64,000 nt of DNA. Source: an uncultured Bacteroidales bacterium. GTDB lineage: Bacteria; Bacteroidota; Bacteroidia; Bacteroidales; Bacteroidaceae. Shown piece after piece: positions 44,981 through 55,098 of the stretch. Numbering within the stretch: position 1 is the first letter of the stretch; each line of letters opens with the position of its first letter. The stretch covers positions 14,212 through 78,211 of the forward strand of contig CACWFV010000008.1 in NCBI GenBank assembly GCA_902760315.1. Direction: 5' to 3'. The notes beneath the pieces are model-generated. The model searched no databases. It saw only the letters and a program-made list of their open reading frames with translations, and was not told the DNA's origin. A program made the translations under genes and the position numbers.

Positions 44981-47779
44981 ATGAAGAAAGTATTAACCAT
45001 GATGCTGGCCCTGACCATGATGAGCATGACGACAAGGGCTGAGATGAAGAAAGACTCGACCAAAGCCAAAGCCGAACAAGTCAAGCAAGAGAAGAAAGAA
45101 AAGAAAGAGAAGAAAAAGGCGGCTAAAGCGTTCAGCAACAAGAAACTGTACACCTTTGCCAGCAAGCGTGGCATCATGGTGATGAACGCCAAGGGGACTG
45201 GTCTGACGACCCTGCGACTACGCCCTGACGCCCCAGAGAAAGACAGGAGCTTTGCCTTCCTCTTCTTCAACGGCAAGCACTATCTCTACAGTCCCACTGC
45301 CAAGAAATTCCTGAGTGCTGACGGTAGCTTCGTAGACCATATCGGCTCAGCCTTCACCTTCGACAAGAGCCAGGCTGACGGCAAGTTCAAATATATGCTG
45401 TCGACCACCAACAAGGAGGGTCAGTCACTGTATGTCAACACCAACGACTCAAACAAGATAGTCATCAACAGCCACCAGACAGCTGACGACGGCAACCGCT
45501 GGCAAATCACGCCGGCGGGGAAGTTCAATCCCAAGGACGCCATGAGCATGGCCCAGAAGCCTGCACCCAAATACAGCCTGTACCGCAAGGGTTTGTTCAA
45601 CGTGCTGAAAGAGGAGAACGACTGGTTCTTCGAGATTCCCGATTCGCTCATCGGACGCGACTTCCTCAACACCACGCGCTACACGTCAACGCCCGCTGGC
45701 AGCGGACTCTTTGGAGGCGAAATGATAAGTCAGCAGACCGTCTATTTCCAAAAGGGTGTCGACAAGCAGCTGTTGCTGCGCGTGCGCCTCTTTGTCAACG
45801 TGAGCGACTCCACACAAAGCATCAACAAGGCCATCACCGTCTCCAACGAGAACCCCATCATCGCCTCGTTCAAGATAGAGTCTCACAATGACAAGCGCTA
45901 CAAAATCAAGGTGACGGGCTTCCTCACCGACGACAACCCCAACACGGCTCTGCCCCGTTCGGTAAAGACGCAGTTCCAGCTGACCAATATGTTCAGGGAG
46001 CTGTCGTACGTCGAGGACATCAAGACCTTCCCCCTGAATACCGAGGTGCGCATGGTGAAGACCTACAACTCATCAGGCAGACTGGCCTCGGCACGCAGTA
46101 CCGACAGGGTGACGTTCGGCATCAACCTCTCGTTTGTGCTGCTCCCCACCGACTTGATGAAGCCCCGCTTCTACGACCCGCGCGTAGGCTATTTCACCCA
46201 CGGCTTCAACAGCTATAACGACGGACAGCAACGTGTCAAGGAAAAGCGCTTTATCAGTCGCTGGCGCCTGGAGCCACGTCCGGAGGATGTCGAGAAGATG
46301 CGTCGTGGCGAATTGGTAGAGCCCATCAAGCCTATCGTCTACTACATAGACCCTGCCACGCCCAAGCAGTGGCGCAAATACCTCATTGCCGGTGTCAACG
46401 ACTGGCAGAAAGCCTTTGAGAAGGCAGGCTTCAAGAATGCCATCTACGCCCTGGAGTGGCCTGAGGGCAAGGACAGCTTGATGTCTATGGAGGACGCCCG
46501 TTTCTCCGTCATCCGCTACCTGGCTTCGCCCATCGCCAATGCCTATGGACCTCATGTCAGCGACCCGCGTACTGGCGAGATTCTGGAGAGCCACATCTGC
46601 TGGTACCATAATGTGATGTCGCTCGTTCACGACTGGTATATGGTGCAGGCCTCCTCTATTGACGAGGCTGCGCGCAAGATGCACTATGACGAGGAACTGA
46701 TGGGACAACTCATCCGCTTCGTATCGTCGCACGAGGTAGGCCACACGCTTGGTCTGCGCCACAACTTCGGTGCCTCCAGTTCGGTACCTGTCGAGAAGCT
46801 GCGCGACAAGGCATGGGTCGAGGAACACGGCCATACGCCCAGCATCATGGACTATGCCCGTTTCAACTACGTGGCACAGCCTGAAGACGGCATGACGCAG
46901 CACGAGATATTCCCACGCATCAACGACTATGACATGTGGGCCATCCAGTGGGGCTACACGCCCATGCTCGATGCCGAGAACGAAGAGACAGACTATCGTG
47001 CCCTGCAGTCGTTGTTTGAGAAAGAGGGCGTGGCTAACAATCCGCGACTCTGGTGGGGCGATGGCGAGACTGACCAGGACGACCCACGCCGGCAGACGGA
47101 GGACCTGGGCGACGACGCCGTGAAGGCCAGCGAGTACGGCATTCTGAACCTGAAGCGCGAAATCGTGAAACTGCCAGAGTGGACCCGCTCTGAGGACGAC
47201 ATCTACAACGAGAACCTCAGAAGCATGTACGACAAGATAGTAGACCAGTTCCAGCGCTATAACGGCCACGTCATCAATAACATAGGCGGACAGCTGGAGA
47301 ACTTCAAGACCATCGACGAGCAGGGCGACGTATACCGTCCTCAGCCTCGTGAGAAGCAGATGAAGGCCCTGCAGTATGTAGAGCGTAACATCTTGAATGA
47401 GCCCGTCTGGTTGCGCAAAGTATCCTATGCCAAGCGTCTGGAGGCTGACCCCAACGACCTCACCCGTCCTATCGCCACGCGCAACATCTCACGACTCATC
47501 AACCGCCTGTACTCACTCAACGACCTCTACAAGGCCGATGAATACCTGGGCGACCTGAGCCGAATGATTATGAAGGACGCGACGCAAGCCAACCTCACCC
47601 CCTACCGCAAGACCCTGCAGACGCAATACGTCAACAGGCTCATCAGCCACTTGAATAATAGCAAGCGCCCCGAAGTGCTGCAGGCCCTCAAGCAGCTGCA
47701 AAAGAGACTGGCTACAGGCAGCACGGCTCATGCCGTTGCCCTGAAGGACGCCATAGACCGCGCGCTGGTCATCAAGTAA
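44981..47779 (+). CDS. Zinc-dependent metalloprotease (DUF5117/DUF4953, EcxA-like)
   Basis: DPRVGYF, DPRTGEI, HEVGHTLGLRHN and SIMDY motifs; signal peptide. Confidence 0.9.
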   Translation: MKKVLTMMLALTMMSMTTRAEMKKDSTKAKAEQVKQEKKEKKEKKKAAKAFSNKKLYTFASKRGIMVMNAKGTGLTTLRLRPDAPEKDRSFAFLFFNGKHYLYSPTAKKFLSADGSFVDHIGSAFTFDKSQADGKFKYMLSTTNKEGQSLYVNTNDSNKIVINSHQTADDGNRWQITPAGKFNPKDAMSMAQKPAPKYSLYRKGLFNVLKEENDWFFEIPDSLIGRDFLNTTRYTSTPAGSGLFGGEMISQQTVYFQKGVDKQLLLRVRLFVNVSDSTQSINKAITVSNENPIIASFKIESHNDKRYKIKVTGFLTDDNPNTALPRSVKTQFQLTNMFRELSYVEDIKTFPLNTEVRMVKTYNSSGRLASARSTDRVTFGINLSFVLLPTDLMKPRFYDPRVGYFTHGFNSYNDGQQRVKEKRFISRWRLEPRPEDVEKMRRGELVEPIKPIVYYIDPATPKQWRKYLIAGVNDWQKAFEKAGFKNAIYALEWPEGKDSLMSMEDARFSVIRYLASPIANAYGPHVSDPRTGEILESHICWYHNVMSLVHDWYMVQASSIDEAARKMHYDEELMGQLIRFVSSHEVGHTLGLRHNFGASSSVPVEKLRDKAWVEEHGHTPSIMDYARFNYVAQPEDGMTQHEIFPRINDYDMWAIQWGYTPMLDAENEETDYRALQSLFEKEGVANNPRLWWGDGETDQDDPRRQTEDLGDDAVKASEYGILNLKREIVKLPEWTRSEDDIYNENLRSMYDKIVDQFQRYNGHVINNIGGQLENFKTIDEQGDVYRPQPREKQMKALQYVERNILNEPVWLRKVSYAKRLEADPNDLTRPIATRNISRLINRLYSLNDLYKADEYLGDLSRMIMKDATQANLTPYRKTLQTQYVNRLISHLNNSKRPEVLQALKQLQKRLATGSTAHAVALKDAIDRALVIK

Positions 47780-47868
47780 GGGGTTGCATCGTCAGAAATG
47801 GGCAAATATTAAAATATCTTATCGCGTGCGCGTTATTTCGAAAAAAAATCGTAACTTTGCACCCCATT

Positions 47869-50340
47869 ATGGAAGAGAAGATTACAATGTACATGGATAA
47901 TAAGAACAGGTCGTTCTCAATGATAGCCGATATAGACGGCGACTACAGCGACCTGACGAACCAGGAGGCACCGGGCCCGCTGCCCATTCTGGCTTTGCGC
48001 AACATGGTGGTGTTCCCCGGTGTGGTGACACCTATACTGATAGGCCGCGAGTCGAGCATGACGCTCATCCGCAAGGCCGAGAAACAGAACGGACTGATAG
48101 GCGTGGTGTGCCAACGCGACGGTGAGGTGGAGGCCCCCATACGTGCCGACCTCTACGACTACGGCGTCTACGGCAAGGTGCTGAAGACGCTGGCCATGCC
48201 CAACGGCAACATCACGGCCATCATACAGGGAATGGGACGCTTCCGGCTGAAGGAAATACAGAAATACCAGCCCTACATGGTGGGCAACACCGTCAGCGCC
48301 CCTGAGGATTTCCCTGACGTGCACGACATGGAGTTCAAGACGGGCGTCGAGGACCTGCGCAACCAGACCTCGGAGTACATCCACATGAGCGACGAGATAC
48401 CCGACGAGACCTCGTTTGCCATCAAGAACGTGACCAACGACATCATGGCGCTGAACTTCATCTGCACGAACATGCCGTTCAGCATCAAGGAGAAGATGGC
48501 CCTGCTGCAAATGGACAGCCTCAAGGAGCGACTGTTCAACACGATGCGCATCGTCAACCGCGAGGTGAACCTGCAGAGTCTGAAACTGGACATCCGCAAC
48601 AAGACGCGCGACGACATCGACGAGCAGCAGCGCAACTACTTCCTGCAGCAGCAAATCAAGAACCTGCAGGCAGAGATGGGCAACGAGAGCACGCCGGAGA
48701 AGAAAGAACTGCTGGAGAAGGCCAAGAAGAAGAAATGGCCCGACGAGATAGCCCAATACTTCAACAAGGAGATGGAGAAACTGGACCAGGTGAACACCAA
48801 CTCGCCCGACTACAACGTACAGCTGACCTACCTGCAGACGCTGGTGGGGCTGCCCTGGGGCGAATACACGCAGGACGACCTGGACCTGAAGCGCGCACAG
48901 CGCATACTGGACCGCGACCACTACGGCATGGAGAAGGTGAAGGAGCGCATCCTGGAGTACATTGCCGTGCTGTCGCTGCGCGGCGACCTGAAGAGCCCCA
49001 TTCTCTGCCTCTACGGACCTCCGGGCGTGGGCAAGACGTCGCTGGGCAAGTCTATTGCCGACGCGCTGAAGCGCAAGTACGTCAGGGTGTCGCTGGGCGG
49101 ACTGCACGACGAGGCTGAGATACGCGGCCACCGCCGCACCTACATCGGTGCTATGCCGGGCCGCATCATCAAGAACATCCAGAAGGCCGGCTCGTCGAAC
49201 CCCGTCTTCATCCTGGACGAGATTGACAAGGTGACGCAGAACACCCACAACGGCGACCCCGCGTCAGCCCTGCTGGAAGTGCTGGACCCGGAACAGAACT
49301 CGGCCTTCCACGACAACTACCTGGACGTGGACTACGACCTGTCGAAGGTGATGTTCATAGCCACGGCCAACAACCTGAGCACCATTCCGCGCCCCCTGCT
49401 GGACCGCATGGAGATCATCGAGGTCAGCGGCTACATCACGGAGGAGAAATACGAGATTGCCAAGCGCCACCTGATACCCAAGGAGAAGGACAACACCGGA
49501 CTGAAAGGCCAGAAACTGTCGTTCAACAAGGCGGCCATCGAGAAAATCATAGAGCAGTACACGCGAGAGAGTGGCGTGCGCCAACTGGAGAAGCAGGTGA
49601 ACAAAGCCCTGCGCAAGGTGGCCGTGAAATATGCCACGACAAAGGAGATGCCCTACGAGAAGATTACCCCTGCGGATATAGAAGACCTGCTGGGCAAACC
49701 GCCCTTCTACCGCGACATCTACCAGGGCAACGCATACGCCGGCGTAGTAACCGGACTGGCATGGACCAGCGTGGGTGGCGAGATACTGTTCATAGAGACG
49801 TCGCTGTCGAAGGGCAAGGCCGGCAAACTGACCCTAACGGGCAACCTGGGCGACGTGATGAAGGAGTCGGCCGTCATAGCCCTGGAGTACGTCAAGGCAC
49901 ACGTCGACGTGCTGGGCATAGACTACCGCATCTTTGACCACTGGAACATCCACATCCACGTGCCTGAGGGCGCTACACCCAAGGACGGCCCGTCGGCAGG
50001 TATCACCATAGCCACGTCGATAGCCTCAGCGCTGACCCAGCGCAAGGTGCGCAAGAACACGGCCATGACGGGCGAGATAACGCTGAGGGGCAAAGTACTG
50101 CCCGTGGGCGGCATCAAGGAGAAGATACTGGCTGCCAAGCGTGCCGGCATCACCGACATCGTGATGTGCCGTGAGAACGAGAAAGACATCAACGAGATAC
50201 CGGAGATGTACCTGAAGGGCGTCAGCTTCCACTACGTAGAGAACGTGCAGGACGTCTGGCGCTTTGCGCTGACGGACGAACTGGTGGAGCACCCGATGGA
50301 CTTCACCATCCCTGAAGAGTCGAAAAAGGACGACAAATGA
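47869..50340 (+). CDS. lon: Endopeptidase La
   Basis: GPPGVGKT and PKDGPSAG motifs; start placed after the -7 box TAACTTTG at 47852. Confidence 0.96.
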   Translation: MEEKITMYMDNKNRSFSMIADIDGDYSDLTNQEAPGPLPILALRNMVVFPGVVTPILIGRESSMTLIRKAEKQNGLIGVVCQRDGEVEAPIRADLYDYGVYGKVLKTLAMPNGNITAIIQGMGRFRLKEIQKYQPYMVGNTVSAPEDFPDVHDMEFKTGVEDLRNQTSEYIHMSDEIPDETSFAIKNVTNDIMALNFICTNMPFSIKEKMALLQMDSLKERLFNTMRIVNREVNLQSLKLDIRNKTRDDIDEQQRNYFLQQQIKNLQAEMGNESTPEKKELLEKAKKKKWPDEIAQYFNKEMEKLDQVNTNSPDYNVQLTYLQTLVGLPWGEYTQDDLDLKRAQRILDRDHYGMEKVKERILEYIAVLSLRGDLKSPILCLYGPPGVGKTSLGKSIADALKRKYVRVSLGGLHDEAEIRGHRRTYIGAMPGRIIKNIQKAGSSNPVFILDEIDKVTQNTHNGDPASALLEVLDPEQNSAFHDNYLDVDYDLSKVMFIATANNLSTIPRPLLDRMEIIEVSGYITEEKYEIAKRHLIPKEKDNTGLKGQKLSFNKAAIEKIIEQYTRESGVRQLEKQVNKALRKVAVKYATTKEMPYEKITPADIEDLLGKPPFYRDIYQGNAYAGVVTGLAWTSVGGEILFIETSLSKGKAGKLTLTGNLGDVMKESAVIALEYVKAHVDVLGIDYRIFDHWNIHIHVPEGATPKDGPSAGITIATSIASALTQRKVRKNTAMTGEITLRGKVLPVGGIKEKILAAKRAGITDIVMCRENEKDINEIPEMYLKGVSFHYVENVQDVWRFALTDELVEHPMDFTIPEESKKDDK

Positions 50341-51479
50341 CGTTTGAAGTAGAACATAACGACCCCTGCAGCAGCGCACGCACAGGACTCATCAGTACCG
50401 ACCACGGACTGATCAGGACACCCATCTTCATGCCTGTAGGCACGGTGGGCAGCGTGAAGGGCGTGCACTTCGCAGAACTGCGCGAGCAGGTGAAGGCCCA
50501 GATTATTCTGGGCAACACCTACCACCTGTATCTGCGCCCCGGACTGGACATCCTGCGCAAGGCTGGCGGACTGCACAAGTTCAACACGTGGGACCGCCCC
50601 ATACTGACCGACTCCGGCGGTTTCCAGGTGTTCTCGCTGACGGGCATCCGCAAGCTGAAGGAAGAGGGCTGCGAGTTTCGCTCGCACATTGACGGTTCGA
50701 AGCACATCTTCACACCGGAGAACGTCATGGACACGGAGCGCGTCATCGGTGCCGACATTATGATGGCCTTCGACGAGTGTCCGCCGGGAGAGAGCGACTA
50801 CGAGTATGCCAAGAAGTCGCTCCGGCTGACCCAACGCTGGCTGGAGCGCTGCGTCAAACGCTTCAACGAGACAGAGCCGCTGTACGGCTACCGCCAGACG
50901 CTGTTCCCCATCGTGCAGGGCTGCACATACAAGGACCTGCGCCAGGATGCTGCCAAGCACGTGGTAGACATGCTGGGACTGCTGAACGACGGCGGCGGCG
51001 TGGCCATTGGCGGACTGGCCGTGGGAGAGCCTACGGAGGTGATGTACGACATGATAGAGGTGGTCAACGACATACTGCCCAAGGAGCGCCCGCGCTACCT
51101 GATGGGCGTGGGTACGCCACAGAACATCCTGGAAGCCATAGAGCGCGGCGTGGACATGTTTGACTGCGTGATGCCTACGCGCAACGGGCGCAACGCCATG
51201 CTGTTCAGCTATGAGGGCACCATGAACATGCGCAACAAGAAGTGGGAGGACGACTTCTCGCCCATAGACCCCGACGGCTGCGAGGTGGACCGCATACACT
51301 CCAAAGCCTACCTGCACCACTTGTTTAAAGCCCAGGAACTGCTGGCCATGCAGATAGCCTCGATACACAACCTGGCGTTCTACCTGCGGCTGGTGACCGA
51401 CGCGCGCACGCACATAGAACAAGGTGACTTCACACAGTGGAAACGCTCGGTAATAGACAACCTGGGAAGAAGACGGTAA
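50337..51479 (+). CDS. tgt: tRNA-guanine transglycosylase
   Basis: TPIFMPVGT, TDSGGFQ, GGLAVGE and DMFDCVMPTR motifs. Confidence 0.96.
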   Translation: MTFEVEHNDPCSSARTGLISTDHGLIRTPIFMPVGTVGSVKGVHFAELREQVKAQIILGNTYHLYLRPGLDILRKAGGLHKFNTWDRPILTDSGGFQVFSLTGIRKLKEEGCEFRSHIDGSKHIFTPENVMDTERVIGADIMMAFDECPPGESDYEYAKKSLRLTQRWLERCVKRFNETEPLYGYRQTLFPIVQGCTYKDLRQDAAKHVVDMLGLLNDGGGVAIGGLAVGEPTEVMYDMIEVVNDILPKERPRYLMGVGTPQNILEAIERGVDMFDCVMPTRNGRNAMLFSYEGTMNMRNKKWEDDFSPIDPDGCEVDRIHSKAYLHHLFKAQELLAMQIASIHNLAFYLRLVTDARTHIEQGDFTQWKRSVIDNLGRRR

Positions 51480-51642
51480 AGCCTCCCCCTAGCCCCCTCC
51501 AAAGGGAGGGGGAACATAGAAAAGGATTATTGATGAAGATTCAAGAAAATATTAATAAATTTCTTCAAAGACTGAAGAGTACAGCTCTTTATTTAAGGGG
51601 GGGCAAGCTCCCCTCCCTTTTGGGAGGGGCTGGGGGTAGGCT
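51480..51642. repeat. Inverted pair of GC-rich REP-like palindromes
   Basis: 51480-51513 and 51608-51642 are imperfect reverse complements; each has a CCCCTCC..GGAGGGG hairpin. Confidence 0.75.
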
Positions 51643-52732
51643 TCCGATAAAGCGCATGGACTGGTACATCATCAACAAGTTCATAGGCACCTACGTCTAC
51701 TCCATCATCCTGATTATCTCGATATCCATCGTCTTCGACGTCAACGAGAACCTGGCAAAATTCACCTCCAACAACGCACCGCTGAGGGCTATCGTCTTCG
51801 ACTACTACGCCAACTTCGTGCCCTACTTTGCCAACCTGTTCTCGCCGCTGTTCGTCTTCATTGCCGTCATCTTCTTTACCTCAAAACTGGCAGGCAACTC
51901 GGAAATCATCGCTATGCTGGCCTGCGGCATGAGTTTCAAGCGGCTGCTGCGCCCCTACCTCATCTCGGCGGCACTGATAGCCCTGCTCAACTTCTACCTA
52001 GGCTCGTACGTCATACCCAAGGGTACGGTGGTGCGCCACGACTTTGAGGCGCTCTACAAGAACAACAAGAAGAACACCTCGGCATCGAACATACAACTGA
52101 TGGTGGACAAGGGCGTGGTGGCCTACATATCGCAATACGACGACACCAGAAAGACGGGCTACGGTTTTGCGCTGTACAAGTTTGAGAACAAGAAAATGGT
52201 GAGCCAGATGAACGCCAACGTCATACAGTACGACACCATCAGCGACTCGCGCTACCACTGGAAGGCCCGCAACTACAAGATACGCACGCTGAAGGGCATG
52301 CGCGAGGTGATTACCAGCGGATACGAGATAGACACGCTGATACAGATGGAACCCATGGACCTGGTGTTCAGCAGCGGACAGCAAGAGACCTTCACGTCGC
52401 CGGAACTGAAGCGATACATTTCGAAGCAACAGCAGCGCGGCTCGTCAAACGTGGTGCAGTACGAGGTGGAATACCACAAGCGCATAGCCACGTCGTTTGC
52501 CTCATTCATACTGACCATCATCGGCGTCTCGCTGTCGTCGCGCAAGCGCAAGGGCGGCATGGGCATGTACCTGGGCATAGGTCTGGCGCTGTCGTTTACC
52601 TACATCCTGCTGCAGACCATCAGCGCCACCTTTGCCATCAATGCCGACACGCCACCCATACTGGCAGCGTGGATTCCGAATATTTTATACGCATTCATAG
52701 CATACTATTGCTATAAACAAGCACCCAACTAA
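51533..52732 (+). CDS. LptF/LptG family LPS export permease
   Basis: MDWYII.KF, SEIIAMLACG.SF.R and RKGG motifs; start uncertain (51533 or 51656). Confidence 0.9.
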   Translation: MKIQENINKFLQRLKSTALYLRGGKLPSLLGGAGGRLPIKRMDWYIINKFIGTYVYSIILIISISIVFDVNENLAKFTSNNAPLRAIVFDYYANFVPYFANLFSPLFVFIAVIFFTSKLAGNSEIIAMLACGMSFKRLLRPYLISAALIALLNFYLGSYVIPKGTVVRHDFEALYKNNKKNTSASNIQLMVDKGVVAYISQYDDTRKTGYGFALYKFENKKMVSQMNANVIQYDTISDSRYHWKARNYKIRTLKGMREVITSGYEIDTLIQMEPMDLVFSSGQQETFTSPELKRYISKQQQRGSSNVVQYEVEYHKRIATSFASFILTIIGVSLSSRKRKGGMGMYLGIGLALSFTYILLQTISATFAINADTPPILAAWIPNILYAFIAYYCYKQAPN

Positions 52733-54049
52733 ATGACATTTGAAGAAACATATCTGAACGACAACATCCTCGACGCACTCTACGACATGCACTTCGAGGA
52801 AATGACGCCCATACAGGAGCAGTGTATCCCCAAGATACTGGACGGCCAGGACCTCATCGGCGTGGCACAGACCGGTACAGGCAAGACGGCAGCCTACTTG
52901 CTGCCCATCCTCTCCATGCTGGACGACGGCGGCTACCCGAAGGATGCCGTCAACTGCATCGTCATGTCGCCCACTCGCGAACTGGCACAACAGATAGACC
53001 AGGCCATGCAGGGCTTTGGCTACTACCTGGACGGCATCAGCAGCGTGGCCGTCTATGGCGGCAACGACGGCAACCGCTTCGACGTGGAGACAAAAGGCCT
53101 GAGGATGGGTGCCGACGTCATCATTGCCACACCGGGTCGCCTGCTCTCGCATATCCGCATGGGACATGTGGACATGAGCCGGCTGAGCTTCTTTGTGCTG
53201 GACGAGGCAGACCGCATGCTGGACATGGGATTCTCGGACGACATCCTGCAAATAGCCAAGATGCTGCCTAAGGGCCACCAGACCATTATGTTCTCGGCCA
53301 CCATGCCCGACAAGATTCAGCAGCTGGCACGCACGCTGTTGGACCACCCGGCAGAGGTGAAGATAGCCGTGTCGAAACCTGCCGAGAAAATCCAGCAGTC
53401 GGCCTATGTGTGCTATGAACCCCAGAAGCTGGGCATCGTGCGCCAACTGTTCAAGGCCGGCGAACTGCACCGCGTCATCATCTTCTCCGGCAAGAAGGAG
53501 AAGGTGAAGGACATCACCCGCGAGCTGAAACACATGAAAATCAACTGCGCCTCCATGCACAGCGACCTCTCGCAGGCTGAGCGCGACGACGTGATGTACC
53601 GCTTCAAGGCAGGACAGGTGGACGTGCTGGTAGCTACCGACATCGTAGCACGCGGCATTGACATTGACGACATCCTGATGGTCATCAACTACGACGTGCC
53701 GCATGACGCAGAAGACTACGTACACCGCATAGGACGCACGGCACGCGCACAACGTGACGGCATAGCCATCACCTTTGTCTCGGAAGCAGACATGCGCTAC
53801 TTTGCAGACATTGAGCGCTTCCTGGAGAAAGACATCCTGAAGAACCCGCTGCCAGAGGGACTGGGCGAGGGACCAGAATACAGGCCCAACGCTCCGCGCA
53901 AGAATTCACGAGGACGCGGAGGCAAGCCACGCAACGGAAAAGGAAACAAACAAAAAACCGGCGCCCAGCAGCAAAAAGACAACGGCAAAAAACGCAAACA
54001 AAAGAGCAAAGGAAACAAGGGCGGAGGTGAGAAGTCTGCAGCTAATTAA
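52733..54049 (+). CDS. DEAD/DEAH box RNA helicase
   Basis: AQTGTGKT, PTRELA, DEAD, SAT and HRIGRT motifs; basic tail. Confidence 0.95.
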   Translation: MTFEETYLNDNILDALYDMHFEEMTPIQEQCIPKILDGQDLIGVAQTGTGKTAAYLLPILSMLDDGGYPKDAVNCIVMSPTRELAQQIDQAMQGFGYYLDGISSVAVYGGNDGNRFDVETKGLRMGADVIIATPGRLLSHIRMGHVDMSRLSFFVLDEADRMLDMGFSDDILQIAKMLPKGHQTIMFSATMPDKIQQLARTLLDHPAEVKIAVSKPAEKIQQSAYVCYEPQKLGIVRQLFKAGELHRVIIFSGKKEKVKDITRELKHMKINCASMHSDLSQAERDDVMYRFKAGQVDVLVATDIVARGIDIDDILMVINYDVPHDAEDYVHRIGRTARAQRDGIAITFVSEADMRYFADIERFLEKDILKNPLPEGLGEGPEYRPNAPRKNSRGRGGKPRNGKGNKQKTGAQQQKDNGKKRKQKSKGNKGGGEKSAAN

Positions 54050-54185
54050 GAATTTTTAAGAAAAAAAGAGGGGTGTGCGATGACAACGTATCGATATTTT
54101 TTGTAACTTTGCACCGCTTTTAAAAGTAATAGTTTTCAGACAAGGCTGACTATCAAAGAGTTAGCTAAGATTTAATAGGTAGAAG

Positions 54186-55058
54186 ATGAGACAACTAAAG
54201 ATTCAAAAGAGTATTACGAACCGCTCAAGTGAGGCACTGGATAAGTATCTGGTGGAAATTGGTCGTGCGCCACTGATCAGTATCGACGAGGAAATTGAAC
54301 TGGCTCAGAAGATACGCAAGGGCGGACCTGAAGGCGAGCGCGCCAAGGACAAATTGGTGACGGCCAACCTGCGATTCGTAGTATCTGTAGCCAAACAGTA
54401 TCAGCATCAGGGACTGACGCTGACTGACTTGATTGACGAGGGTAACATCGGTCTGATAAAGGCCGCACAGAAATTTGACGAAACCCGTGGCTTTAAATTC
54501 ATCTCTTACGCTGTATGGTGGATTCGCCAGAGCATTCTGCAGGCTATTGCCGAGCAGAGCCGCATAGTACGTCTGCCCCTGAACCAGGTAGGCAGCCTCA
54601 ACAAGATTAGCCACGAGATAAACCGCTTTGAGCAGGAAAACCAGCGCCACCCGTCAGTGGCTGAGCTGAGTGACGCCACCAACATGGACGAGGAGAAGAT
54701 AGCCCAAAGCATGCAGGCCGACAGCCACCACGTATCTATTGACGCGCCGTTCCAGGATGGCGAGGACAACTGCATGCTGGACGTGATGGCCTCCGGTGAG
54801 GACTCGCGCACAGACCGTCACGTGGACCACGAGTCTATGGCGCAGGAGCTGAACACGGTGTTGCAGAAGGTGCTGAAGGATCGTGAGATTACCATCATCC
54901 GCGAGTGTTTCGGCATAGGTTGCCACGAGAAAGGACTGGAAGAGATTGGCGACCAGCTGGGACTGACGCGTGAGCGTGTGCGCCAGATTCGCGAGAAGAG
55001 CATTGCCAAGTTGCGCGACTCAGGCAACGCTCGTATCCTGATGAAATATTTAGGCTAA
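54186..55058 (+). CDS. rpoD: Primary-type sigma-70 factor (short Bacteroidetes form)
   Basis: NLRFVVSVAK, FISYAVWWIRQ and TRERVRQI motifs; no region 1.1. Confidence 0.9.
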   Translation: MRQLKIQKSITNRSSEALDKYLVEIGRAPLISIDEEIELAQKIRKGGPEGERAKDKLVTANLRFVVSVAKQYQHQGLTLTDLIDEGNIGLIKAAQKFDETRGFKFISYAVWWIRQSILQAIAEQSRIVRLPLNQVGSLNKISHEINRFEQENQRHPSVAELSDATNMDEEKIAQSMQADSHHVSIDAPFQDGEDNCMLDVMASGEDSRTDRHVDHESMAQELNTVLQKVLKDREITIIRECFGIGCHEKGLEEIGDQLGLTRERVRQIREKSIAKLRDSGNARILMKYLG

Positions 55059-55098
55059 AAGTTTTGCGGCTCCAAGTTTTTTTTGTACTTTTGGGGTC

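Noticed and set aside
54186-55058. Truncated sigma-70
   Set aside because: Lack of region 1.1 is normal for the Bacteroidetes primary sigma factor.
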